From: Geosiphon pyriformis uo1 | Lineage: Eukaryota; Fungi; Glomeromycota | Assembly: GCA_016748015.1 (NCBI GenBank) | Contig: JAAOMT010000057.1 | Location: 514,763 to 578,762, forward strand | Length of the DNA: 64,000 nt | Direction of reading: 5' to 3' | Shown: piece by piece, positions 25,944 to 38,399 of the stretch | How positions within the stretch are numbered: the stretch's first letter is position 1 | How the letters are laid out: each line of letters starts with the position of its first letter | Notes under the pieces: model-generated | What the model was told of the DNA's origin: nothing | Database searches by the model: none | What the model saw: only the letters and a program-made list of their open reading frames with translations | Position numbers and translations under genes: made by a program

Positions 25944-28900
25944 TTAATCTTGTCTCATTCTTGAGAGGCTATCAACATTGGTGTGTAGTTTTCTTGGTTT
26001 GTGGTGTACAATGTATCTGTAGTCTGCTAAGAAGTCATTCCATCGAAACTGTTTGGCACTTTGTTCAGTTTTCTTTTTATTGAGCCATTTGAGACCAATA
26101 TTGTCAGTTATGATGTCAAATTCTTTTCCATTCTTTAGATATTGTTGAAAATATTTAAGAGCCCAAATAATTGCGGCAGCTTCCAATTCAGTTGAGCCAT
26201 ATTTGAGTTCTGTTGGCTTGAGTGTTCTACTGGCATAGGCAATGATTTGTTCCTGGCCATTTTCATCCAATTGTGATAAGATGGCACCAAATGCTATGTG
26301 TAAAGCATTAGTGGCTAGTTGAAACTGTTTGTTAAAGTCTGGGTAAGCAAGAACTGGTGCTGTTGTCAATTTTGTTTTAAGAGTTTCAAAAGCTTTTTGT
26401 TGTTCTTTAGTCCATTGATATAGCACATTTTTGTTGGTAAGATAGTTGAGGGGTTTGGCAATTTCTGAAAATCTTTTTATGAATTTTTTATAATAAGAGA
26501 CTAATTCTATAAATTCTCATAACTCTTTGGTATTTTTGGGAGTTTAGAAGTTTTTGACAGCACTGATTGTTCCAGGGTTTGGTTTGACTCCATTTTTGCT
26601 CACAATGTGTCCAAAAAAGATTAAGCTTGTTTTTCTAAAGTGACATTTCTCAATGTTTAACTTTAATCCTGCTTTCTGTAATCGTTGAAAAACTTCTTGC
26701 AGATAAATGAGGTGGGCTTCAAAGCTTGATGAATATACATTAATGTCATCAAGATAAACAACTACTAATTGCCATAAGAATCCTTCATATACAACATCCA
26801 TAAGTTGTTGAAATGTTGCTGGTGCATTGCAGAGTCCAAAAGGCATAACATTGAACTCATAGTTTCTTTCTTGAGTGGTGAATGCTGTTTTGGATCTATC
26901 TTTTAAGTTCATTTTGACTTGTCAGTATCTACTTTTCAAGTCTAAAGTTAAGAAGAACTTGGCTTTTTTTAGAGTATCTAGCATGTCATCAATTCTTAAA
27001 AGAGAATAGGCATCTCCAATTGTAACACTATTCAGTTGTCTGTAATCAACACAGAATCTGATTTTTCCGTTTTTCTTTTTAACTAAAACTACTGGTGAGG
27101 CCCATGAACTTTTTGATGGTTGAATTAATCTGTTATTGAGCATTCTTTGGACTTTTTCTCTGATAAATTGGTAGCTGGCAGGTGGAACTTAATAAGCTTG
27201 TTGTTGTTTTGGTAGAACATCTTCTGTATGGATCTGATGTTGAACAATATCAGTTTTTCCTAGGTTATTGTTGTTTTTTGCAAATATATCTGCAAATTCA
27301 GCTATCAATTGTTTCAATTGTCTTTGTTGTTGAGGTTCTAAGAGACCTATGTTGATTTGAAAAAGTTTTTCTTTCAAAAGGTGGTAGTTTTTAGTGGTGG
27401 AAATGATATTTAGATTTGGGAGTAAAGTGTGCCTTATAATTTCGATAAAATTAGAGACAATTTGAGAGTTTTCATCTTGAAAAATATTGCTGTGTATAAT
27501 TCCAATCTCTAATTTGTTTAATAAGACAATAGGGTAATTATTGGGGTTGTAGAATATAATTCGAAATTTTTTCATTCTTTTAGGAATATAAACATTTGGA
27601 ATTGAAATTTCATGCTTCAAACAGATTTGTTCATTGGATTCAAAGATTTGTTGAGTAGTGGTGGGTTTTGAGCAAGTGTAAATTTTGTGATGTTCTCCAA
27701 AAGATGAAATAGTAATTGGTTGGGAAAGTTGAAGAATCTGGTGAGATTTATTCTATGCATTAAGAGCTATGTTTACTGGTACTGTAAATTGTCCAGTTGA
27801 ACCAAAACCTTGAGTTTCTCTTTTACTTTTTCCCAATTGTTCTCTGTTCTTTACTAATTGTAAACCTGAAATGTTAATTAAGGGTAGGTAAATTGCTTGG
27901 GCAATTTTCTCAGCATGTTCAATTCTGAATGGTTTGTTTGTTTCATTCTGTAACATGATGGTAATGTTTCCAGTATATCCTGCATCTATGACTCCTCCTC
28001 TAATGTTGATTCCTTTGCTTGCCAATGATGATTTGGATGTAATTTGAACCATTGCTCTAGGTGAAATTTCAAGAGCAATTTTAAGATTGATTTTTGTTAA
28101 GGACTTTGGTTGGAGAACCAAAGTGTTTTTGCCAGAATATCTAAGGTCATATTCTGCATCAATCTTGTAGGCTTTTTCTGGTTTTATTTCTTGTCTATTG
28201 TTGTCAAAGTATTTGAGTTGTATAGCGAACTGGTTCTCAATAAGATAGATTGGTGTTGTTGTGATTTTTTTTTTGTTTCAAGTTTTCCAAATTCGATTTC
28301 TTCCTGGTCATTTTTACTGGGTAAGGAAATGCTAAGAGCATAGCATTCTGGACACTATTTGTCATCACAAGGCATGATGTATTCTTCATACAATTGAATA
28401 TTCATTTGCTCTAATTATTGAATTTGAGCTTCCTGGGTTGAATAAGTGTGGCTTGCAATTTGGTGGTAGGTTTCTACTTCATCTTCATAATCAAATTCAG
28501 CTAATTCTATGATATACTTAATGTATTCAGCTTCTTTCATTTGGTGGACATCTTCTTGTGTGGCTCCATTGATTAATGTTATTGTTAAGTCAAAAATCAT
28601 TTCAGCATCATAAAAGTAGTGGTAGAGTTTATTAAGAGCACTGTTGTATGTTGCATCAAATAGTGTTCTTCTTCTGACTTTTTCCAAAATTGATAGAACA
28701 TATTGACAGGTTTGATTACATACTCCTTCTCTCATTGCAACATCAATCCAGTTGTATTCTTCTGGTAGCATATCTCCACATATGAAACAAAGGGTGTTGT
28801 CCTATTTTCTACTTCTCTTTGGAAATCGAAATTGTTCTCTATGGCATGCTTTGCAGAAATAGCAAATGCGAGTTTCATATTCCTCTTCTGAGAAAATACA

Positions 28901-31567
28901 GGCTCCCATAAATGAAAGCTTTTTTTTGTAATCTTTGCATTTTAGTGGAATGTATGATAGTTCTTTTTATGGTTCTGGTGTAAAATATCTAACTTTCTTT
29001 CATTCTCTTGATTCTTCAAAAATCTCTTGTTCTGTTTTCTCAGTCTAATTAGATGTTGATCTAAAAACCATGTAGATTTTGGTAAGTGGCATTTTTTTCT
29101 CTTCTTTATATTCAAATACTAGGGCTTTTTTAGATTGTTTGTTAAAAGTACTACAAGTAGCAGGTACTATGGTGTATTGTCCTTGGTATGAGATTTTTAG
29201 TTCTTGAGTTTCCCAATCTAAGTTTGCATTGGCCTTAAGAAGCCAATCATTTCCGACTAGAGCTTGATATTGGGGTGTATCCATGACTAGAACTTTGGCT
29301 GGAATGGTGATTCCATCAATGGTAAATGGGAAATTGTTAATTTTTTCTACTGGTGTCTTTTTTATATTATCTGTTGTAACAATTACAGTTTGGGCTGGTC
29401 TGTCAACAGTTCTTTGAAGCTGTTGCATTAACTGGTAGGTGATAATACTTCCAGCTGATCCACTATTTAGAATTAGTTGGATGGGTTTTTTTTCTACTGT
29501 AACTTCAATATACATGGCAGTAATAGCTTTTTGTTCATTAGCTGTTGTATTACTAAGCAAGAATAATGATTCATTGGCTTCAAATTCGAATAGAAATATA
29601 TCTGAAAGGTTGGCATTTTGGGCAATTTGGACTGGTGAAATAGTGTTATTGTTAGAAGGGTTTGATCTTGGTACTGCAACTTCACCTTCAGAAAGTGCAA
29701 GTTGTTAAAAATCCGATTCTTCAGACATTGTAAGATAACTGGGTTGAGTGTAATAGTGATTGAGTCTTTGCTGACCAGAATTTCGAGAAACCAACTGGTT
29801 ATTTGGGTTGATTCTATTGTTGTTATTCTGAAATTGATTTTGGGATGTAAATTGGTTATGTTGAATCAATCTTTTGGCTAGTACTTAATATTGTTAAATG
29901 GGTGGTGTTTGATATTGCTGAATTGGTAAAGGTTGCTAATATTGTTGCTGCATTGGTTGTGGAGCTGGTTGATAGTAACTGTTTTGATTTTGTGATCTTG
30001 GTAAATAATAAGTTGGTGGTGAAAGTTGGTAATAAGATTGTTGTGGTAAAGAGTAATGTTGATTATTCCTGTTTTGTTGGTCTCTCTGTAATTTTCTACA
30101 ATCTCATTTCCAGTGTTCTGAGATCTCACAATAATAACAACTTTGAGATTGGTTGTTGGATGGTAATCCAAAGTTGTTTTGGTTACATCATTGTGGTGGT
30201 TGATATCTTTGGGGTTGTTGCTATTGTTGTTGGTTTGTAAAGTAGTTTTCAACCTTCTTTGTAAGTTGGTCTATTTTCTCTTCAACTGCTAAGCTGGTTT
30301 CTCTAATAGTTAAGTTTACAAGTTTGGTGTGGTTTGCTTTTTCTATTGCCATTTCATAGTTTTTTGCATGTCTAATGGCAGTTGCTAAGTCTGCTGGTGC
30401 ATGTAGACAGACTTTTTTAATCAATTTGTTTTTTAATCCTGCTATAAACTGATCCAGAATCTGGGCATCAAAATAGTAGTCATTGGTTTCTAATTGTTGA
30501 ATTTGTTGAAAAAGTTTGTTGAATCTCTTAAGATAAGTCATAACAGTCTCAGATGTTTCTTGTTTGATATTGCAAAAGTGATTGCGGAGAGTGATAGAGG
30601 TGTTATTGTCAGTGAATTGTTGTAAGAAAGCATTTTTGAATGCTTGCCAGTTTTCAAAAGAGTTTTCTAGGTTCTCAAACCATTCTTCTGCAGTTCCTTG
30701 GAGAAAGTATGGAATTGCTTTGAGCATTCTTGCTGCATTCCAACCATTTGCATCTTCTGCTCTCTAGACTTTGTTAAGCCATTCTTGAGGACTGGTATTA
30801 TTATCTTCACTAGTAAATTCTGGAATTTTTGCAATATAAGCAGTTGTTATTTCTTCTTTGTTTTCTGTAGTTTCTTCTTGTTCTGATTTAGTTTCTTCAC
30901 TTTTCAGACTTTCTGAATGATTACTTTCGTTTTTCTGTAAGTAATCAATAATATTGGCACTTGTTGATATTGGTTCCTGCTGTTAAGTAGGATTTCTAGA
31001 TGACTGAAAGTCTTTTGGTCTAGAGAAATGGTTGAGTGGTGAATTTGGTGTTTGTGGTTGAGCAAGTGAAATTGGAAATGGTGTAATAGAAAGTGGTAAT
31101 TTGGCATTGGTTCCTTGTTCAGGTGTTTGCAAGTGTTTGACAGTTGTTTTTGGTAGTATTGGAGTGTTTGGAGTGGTTTTTGAGTATTGTTTTACTTTTT
31201 GTTTGCCTTTGTTGCTTGTTTCTGTTTCTGATTCAACGTCAAGAGAGTATTTGGGCTGTACTGGGTAGTTTTCTTTACAATACTCAATAATGTTAAAATT
31301 AAGTTCTTAGAAGTAGGTAGCAAGTGTTTCACTATTCAGGTCTTCTGTTCCCAATCGTGAATAGTGCACTAAATTATTGTAGAGGTTGCTTCTAACTTCT
31401 GAAATGTTGTAGTTTCCAAAAAGATAATTGTTGATGTGGTTTTCAATGTATTGGTATACTGATTTCTTGACAACTTCAATTCCGTCTTGGATGTTAAATC
31501 TTTGTTTGCAGTGAGTGTAAATTGACTGATAATACTCTAGAGTTGTTGTGTTTGGTGTGGTCACCAC
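25944..31567 (-). pseudogene. A3 gag-pro-Cys-rich-dUTPase-RT-RNase H polyprotein
   Basis: ORF fragments lie in one frame except for a slip at a poly-T run (~28265): Gag (MLKAIPYFLQGTAEEWFENL), PR (LILNSGSA), dUTPase (GGVIDAGYTG, QGFGSTG), RT (VVVYLDD), RH (IIAYASRTL, ITDN). Confidence 0.93.
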
Positions 31568-31612
31568 TTTGAAGTTGTTATTGCTGTATTATTTCCATGG
31601 AAGAGCACCAAA

Positions 31613-32591
31613 TGTTACTGGAGGTTTTTGGTCTCTTTTCTTAAATGTTGGTAATGTTGATTTGCTGTGAATTCACGTTTTCAAGAAGTAGTTGAACCTC
31701 CAGTAACTGAATTTATCTTCAAATTATCTCTATAATTTGAACTGCTGGGCTTATAAGTGGAATGGCCAATTCCATGCTAGTTACTTTGTGTAGTTATGTT
31801 GTAGTAAACGTCAACTCTTTCCCAGGAATTGCTCATCTGGAAACTCACTAAAAATATGTAGTTATTTTGCTGTGAAAGTCAACTCTTCTACAGGAATCTT
31901 GTCTGTAGGCTATCTCAATGATTATAATAAGAAAAATAAAGAAAATAAAAGAAATGTAAAAGAAAATAGAATTTTGTCAAGGGAAATGTTTTCTATCCAG
32001 GCCTGGAGTCACTAACAGTTTATTGAAATTGGTAGCTAATCAATTTCAAAACGTTAGTTGTGTTGAAAGAATTTCAAGTGTAATAATCAAAGGATTTGTT
32101 TTTCGAATATTTAATTTTTATTTGAAATGTGTAAAAGATGATTTGTTCCAATTAAGATATCTAAAGTAAGATACTATGTTAAGATATTATGAAAAGATAT
32201 GGGAAGGATATATTTTCTTGAAGAGAAAAGCTCTTCTTTTATACAACTTGTTATAGTACTAGTTTTTGAACTTGCACTTTTCTCTTTTCTACAATTTGGG
32301 TGAACTAAAGATACATTTCGGCAAACTACAAGTTATTTCTACGAATTATTGATTATTTCGGCAATTTTTCCATTAATTTCGGCGAATTTTGACTATATTA
32401 AATGGTTCAGGGTATTGTGTAATTTGATCATCTTAATTTCTATAGTACAAATCAGGTTATTGATTGAGTAATAATATTTGATAATTTGGCTAATTAATAA
32501 GTGATAATCGAAATGATAATATGTTACTTAATAATAAGAATTATGAAGATAATTTTCATGCTAATTAATAGCTAAAATTCCACTGGTAACA
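31613..32591 (-). repeat. 5' LTR of A3 (979 bp)
   Basis: TGTTAC...GTAACA termini, followed by the PBS TTTGGTGCTCTTCCATGG. Confidence 0.94.
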
Positions 32592-35500
32592 CCGGGCTAT
32601 TACAAAGTCTATTTCCAGACAGTCAATTTTACAATGTTGTCATTTCACAAGAAAAAAAAAAAAAGAGAAATAAAATTTAAAAAAAATTAGTATCATTAAT
32701 CACTATAATTAAGAGTAATTAATCTAAATTATTATTGTTTAAGACATTTTATGCTAAAAGCATTTGACCAAAAACAAAGATAAAAAAATAATTAATTTGA
32801 TTTAAACATAAAATTAGTAAAAAAATATAAGCATTTTGGTCATTTATTTTTTAAGTATAATTCTTCTAACTCATTCACTCCTATCTTGAAGAAAGTCTAT
32901 AAAAAATATATATTAAATAAGAATCATCTTCAGCTAATGTATTTTTATGTAAAAAATATTTTCATAGCCCAATTTGCTGTTTTTAATAACAAGTCTTAAG
33001 TAAAAGTAGTGTTATTGGTAGTTTTACTTGTCATATTTTCTAATAGTACTCATCTTGGTTCTGGTTTTGGCTTATTTTTAGTTAGTATTTCATATATTGA
33101 TAAAGCTTTTTTTGTTATAATAAATAATATATCTACCAATATTTGCTTGACTTTATTGAACATTTCTTAAAACTTTTGGCTAATTAAGTGTCTAATATTG
33201 TATACAAGCTAAGCAATTTAGAACTAATGTCCTTGATATCTATTTTTTAATCTTTTATCCCAACTGTTTTAGTACTCTTAAACTCAAATTTAGATTTAAA
33301 CATGGTTTTAAATAATTATACAGTATTGTTTTATTTTTTATCTTAAATTGTAAAGAACAAATCTTCTAATTTAAATTTAAGTAGCTCAAAAATTCTGACC
33401 ACTAAAGTTGGTGGCTTGGAATTAAAGATGGTTGTTCTTAAGATTTTTATTAATTCAATTTTAAAAAATTAGATCAATTGTGTACTGGTTCAAGTTTTTT
33501 GACATATTTTTCATCTTGATAAGTAATTTTGTTTAAATGATAGCTATATGTAATATTAAAGACATGAACAATATAATTAAGCAAGAAGATATAATCAAGT
33601 AGCACAATAAATTTGGTAATTGAATTTCTATTATTATTAAGACTAGACTAAAATAACAGACTAGATTCTGAATAAAAAATAAGTTTCAGAATATAAGAGT
33701 TTTTGTTTCTGGTTTAAATACTAGTTATATAAAAGTTAAAATAACAATAATAATAAACAATGCTTTAATTTAACATATATACAAGATTTTTGAGGTCTTT
33801 AGTCATTTTATTTCAATTTGTTTGTTGTTTAGCAACAAAATTTCAGTAATAATTTTGGGTTTATATGCTGGTGCCTTGGCTAACATGTAATTTAATCAAG
33901 CTTATAAAGTGAATTTAGTTATTGCTAAGACAATTGTTTTAAGTTTTCATGTTGTATTGGATGACAACTTTAATAAAAATAGTGTAAAATATAGTGTAAG
34001 CTTTAAAAAATGTTTTAATTTAGGTTTGTGTAATTTTCTGGTAAGTAATTCAGCTGTTAAGATTTCAATATGAAGCAATTCAAGAAATATAAAAAAAACT
34101 ATTAATTATATTCTGGTTAGTAAATATCTTTCAATATAATAGTTAAACATAAAGTCTGTGATGTTTTTAATTTCTTTAATACTGATTATTTGGCTATTGT
34201 AGTTTTGATTGGCTTGAGTGGCCTTTTGAATGTACACTTAAATACAATCTGCAAATAAACTAATAAGAATCAATAGAAATTTGGTATTAAGAATGTAAAC
34301 AATTCAAAATAGATTTAGTTTAAAAAATATTTATCAGAACAAATATCTAGTATGCTTGACAAATTTTATATTGTAAAAGAACAGAGCAATTTAAATACTA
34401 TGTAAAAACTTCTAAAATCAGTAATAGTTGAATTAACAAAGTTTTTTACAAAATTTAGTTTAGAAATCCCAATAATTTCAGAAACAAGCAGTTTTTAAGA
34501 TTTTACAGATTGAAAATTTTGGTTTTGAAGTTGGTTAAGACTTTTTTCTTAAAGAATATTATTAAGTCTAACTGTTTTGGAGATATTTGGTCTAGATTGA
34601 ATACTATTAATTTTTTTAAGCTGTTGTCTTTGGTTAAAAGTAGAACAAAAAGTAAAGAAATATTCATTTTTTTATCAAAAGTTAAGAAAACATATTGCAT
34701 ATTTAAATATCAAGAATTTGAAGCTATAAAAACAGTTATAATTTAGGACATAATCAATAGGAAAATAGAAGACTTTTGTACAAACAAAAATCATATAATC
34801 AAAAATATTCTGAAAAAACCTTTTTAAAAAATGGTTTTAAATTATTTAGTAATAGATGAAAATTTGATTTTAGAACCTAAAATAGTAAAAACCAAAGTAA
34901 ATAAAATCATAGAAAACTGAACTAAGAAGAGACTAGTGTCCAAAGTAGTGCCAAATTTTTGGTCTTGACAATATATGTCTTAGAATTATGTTAAAAATAG
35001 AACATTTTTTAATATTATAAAATAAATTAGTTCAAATAAATTGTTTCTAAATATAAGAAATTTACTTAATAACAAAACTGCTGGTCTGTCTAGTATTTTA
35101 AATGAATTATAAAAACAAAGTAGTTCTAAAGTTATGACTTGTTTCTTAATCCTGTTAAATTGTTGTTTGAATATTAACACAGTTTTTATTTTATAAAAAA
35201 AAGCTTAGATTTTTATGATTCCAAAGTTCTATAATTAAAATAAGATGTTAATCAACACTAAATTAATAGTGCTAATTAAGATGACCAAGAAAATTTTGTT
35301 AAAGATACTTTCAAACCAGATTTCTCTTGTATATAATACATCTAGTGCTTTTTATAAAGATAATTTTTCAATATTAAAAGATATATTAACTTAGTCTCCA
35401 GTATTTGCAATTGGCTTAGTTATAAAAGATACTTTAAAAAAGAATAGGAAGCTGTGATTGATTTTACAAAACATGTATAAAGCATATGATTCAGTCAGCT

Positions 35501-38330
35501 AACATCATTTGAGAAACAGCCTGAGATGCATTAAAATATGTGGACAATTTATCAATTTTTTTGACAGTATATATCAGAACAAAATTAACGGAATCATAAT
35601 TGACTTTAGTCTATTAGATAATTATTATATACATAATAAATTAGACTAAGATAAAGTTTTTTTTACATTTCTTCTGAAGAATTTTTTATGACTTTTTTTT
35701 GTGTAAAATTAAAAGACATAAACATTTATGTAATTACTGTATTGACACAAAATTTATAGCCAAAACAAACAAATTAGAGAACACAAATGGTAAGACTTTT
35801 TTTTTACAGTTAGTATTTTTGTTGATAATACAATTTGAGTAAGAAATAACCAAACTTTAACTTAATATATTTTGAATATTGCCAGTAAATTTTTTAATAT
35901 TAACAATATTTCAATTAATAATAACAAAACAGTGGTTATTTCTATTAACCAGAAGATTAAAAATGCATTTTTGACTATTAATGAGAGTCCTATATTAATT
36001 GTAAAAAAAGATAAATTACATTATTATTTGAGAATTTATCTTTTTACTAATAGTCTATTTAATCTTAGTTTGATAAAAACTTATTTAAATATTAGGTTTT
36101 TTATAAACATAGTATTGAAGAAAGCAATTTCAGATAAACAATTCTGTTATTTGGTCTCTGTTGTCTTATAGCCTATTATATATTATTATATACAGTTTAG
36201 TTTTATTTTAATTAATGTTTGCTGCAAATAAAATTTTTTAATCAAAAAAAACCTGAAAATAAAAGCTAGATTGCCTAAAAATTTCTCCAATAACACTTTG
36301 TATTATTTATTTCTGTACAATCTGAAGTTTTTTAAACTGTTACAAGCTAAAAATAAAGTGACTTTAACAGTTAGTTTTGCTAATTCTAAGAGTATTCTTA
36401 ACAGACTTTTTGATTATTGGTTTCTGAATTTGCAGGCTTTGAGCTGGACTTTGGCTAATACTTTGCAATATTCTGTTAGATTAGGTCAGTTTTGTAAACA
36501 ATTTCTTTGTTGGAGTAGTATAGGTGTTTTTAAACAATAAAATCTCTTTATTAAAAAACTTGCCACAAGTTTTTTGCAGTTCAAAAAAGTTTTTAATATC
36601 TAACATTTTGGGTAAAAAAACTTATTACAAAATTGTGATTTTTTTAAAATATTATAATGTTGCTTTTGATGACAGACTTTTGGATAAACATAGCAATTTA
36701 ATAACTTAAAAGACTTTTTGCCACCAAAAAAAACTGGATCCAAGGAGTTTTGTTCTAGTTTGGTTTACTATAGCATCTGGTTTTTTAAATAGCTTAAAAT
36801 TTACTATTGAAAATAACCTAAATAATTCGAATATTGTTTTTCATAATGTCTTGAATTTAAATAGTTTTGAGTTAATTAAAGATCTTCTGCATAAAGTTTA
36901 GGCTAATGTTTTTGATATTTATATTAATAGGTTATTTAAAAAATTGGATACAGCAGAAATAGCTGGTGGGACAGTTGTCTATTTCTCAAATATGAATATG
37001 AATATTGGTGTTAAAGTGTTTAGTATGGTGTCTTTTACAATAACTGAACTATAAGCTATTACTTTGGTTTTGGAATATGTGCTTTTTTCTAGCTTTGTAG
37101 TTTTGTATTTAAACAGTTAAGCAGCTATTAATGCATACAAATCAGAACTTAATTTATTTAAACCAAACTTTTGCAATAAATGTTGGATGAAAAAGTGTTA
37201 TGTTAATAATCTGATAAAAACAAAAATTTAAATGTAATTTGGTTAAAGATTAAGAGTCATTTAAGTGTGTTTAATAATAACTATATTAAAAAACTGATTA
37301 AAACAGCTGTCTATTCTCCTATGTTTCTTCTTATTAATATTTTGAAGCATTATTTGGTTGTTAATAGTTTGGTGGTATCTGACAATACATGTTATTTCAT
37401 TCAGAATATTTATGAAACAATTACTAGCATTCATTAGAAAGTGAATTTTGGTTTTAAAATTATCAATAATTTTCTTATTTGTAATATTAATTGGGTTTAG
37501 ACAGTTAAAGTTTGGCATTTAAACTTACATATGCTCACTAATATTATTAGCAAATCCACAATCAATCTTAGAACTTATATAATGAAAATAGTTTATAAGA
37601 GACTTTCTATTGCTATATGTAAAAGACTATATAATAAGTTCTATCTGATTGTTTTGTGCTTATTTCATAAGAATATAAAACTTTCAGATTATTTATTCAT
37701 GTATTCAAGTAATGCAAACTAACAAAAGAAATTAATTTTGGGTTATGTTAAGTTTTAGTTATTATTAGCTGGTAAAAAAATGTTTGTATTTTTTTTTGTG
37801 TTATGGTTTCTATTCTCTTGTTTATTTAATATTGGGTTGTATATAATGCTTTGTAAAAGATTTGTTCTTAAGTCTTGGCTCAAAGATGCTTTGGTAATAT
37901 TTGATAACAAAAAAAAAGCCATTTGTATACTGGTTAATTTCTCTTGTTATTTAATTAACTTTTATTACTATAAAATATGATATATTAGGGTAATACATAA
38001 ATCAAAAACAGAGAAAACTAGATTGATAAGTAATATTAGTATAATACCTATATTACCTAATAGATTACATACAAGTTTATTAAATAAGATAGTTTGTATG
38101 CTTGACATTATTAAATTCTTTACAGCAAGCTTTGATAAGCATTTGTCTTGTGTTTTTCTTTGACATTGATAGTAGTTTAATAGTTTATATAAATGTATAG
38201 TGCTGTTTAAGTTAGTTTAAGTAGTTAGTTATATGTAGTAAGGACATGAATTGTATTTAGTTAGAATTTTTTAGTTTAATTCTATATATTAGATAACAAT
38301 TAAGTTATACTTATTAAATTAAATAAAAAA
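32592..38330 (+). mobile_element. Degenerate RNase H-containing LINE (ORF1 end, APE endonuclease, RT, RNase H, C-terminal Cys/His region, A-rich tail); its 5' part probably continues at 22543-22723
   Basis: Decayed motifs: IAICNIK..N (~33540); VLDDNFN (GDFN); KTINYILV; LQNMYKAYDSV (~35460); FVDNTI* (FVDD, ~35820); IYINRL / TEL*AI / LNS*AA RNase H (36915-37130); LCLF..SDYLF; A-rich end near 38320. Confidence 0.8.
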
Positions 38331-38399
38331 ATATATATATCAAATAGAATATATTAATAAAAAAAAATTTGAAAACAAAAGCTAACCAGTCAAAAAAAT

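Larger units (their letters stand above)
22724..32591 (-). mobile_element. Full-length Ty3/Gypsy copy A3 (~9.87 kb), TSD CTGG/CCGG
   Basis: LTRs 31613-32591 and 22724-23636; PBS; PPT GAGGAGGAGA at 23640-23649; flanks ctgg (22720-22723) and ccgg (32592-32595). Confidence 0.96.

Noticed and set aside
28255-28280. Programmed gag-pol frameshift
   Set aside because: The frame change in A3 is at a homopolymer run and is absent in A1 and A2, which read through this region in frame.
5776-31567. Alternative genetic code or stop readthrough explaining the many in-frame TAA/TGA/TAG
   Set aside because: Most stops differ between copies and map to CAA, CGA or TGG in sister copies; host genes use standard stops.
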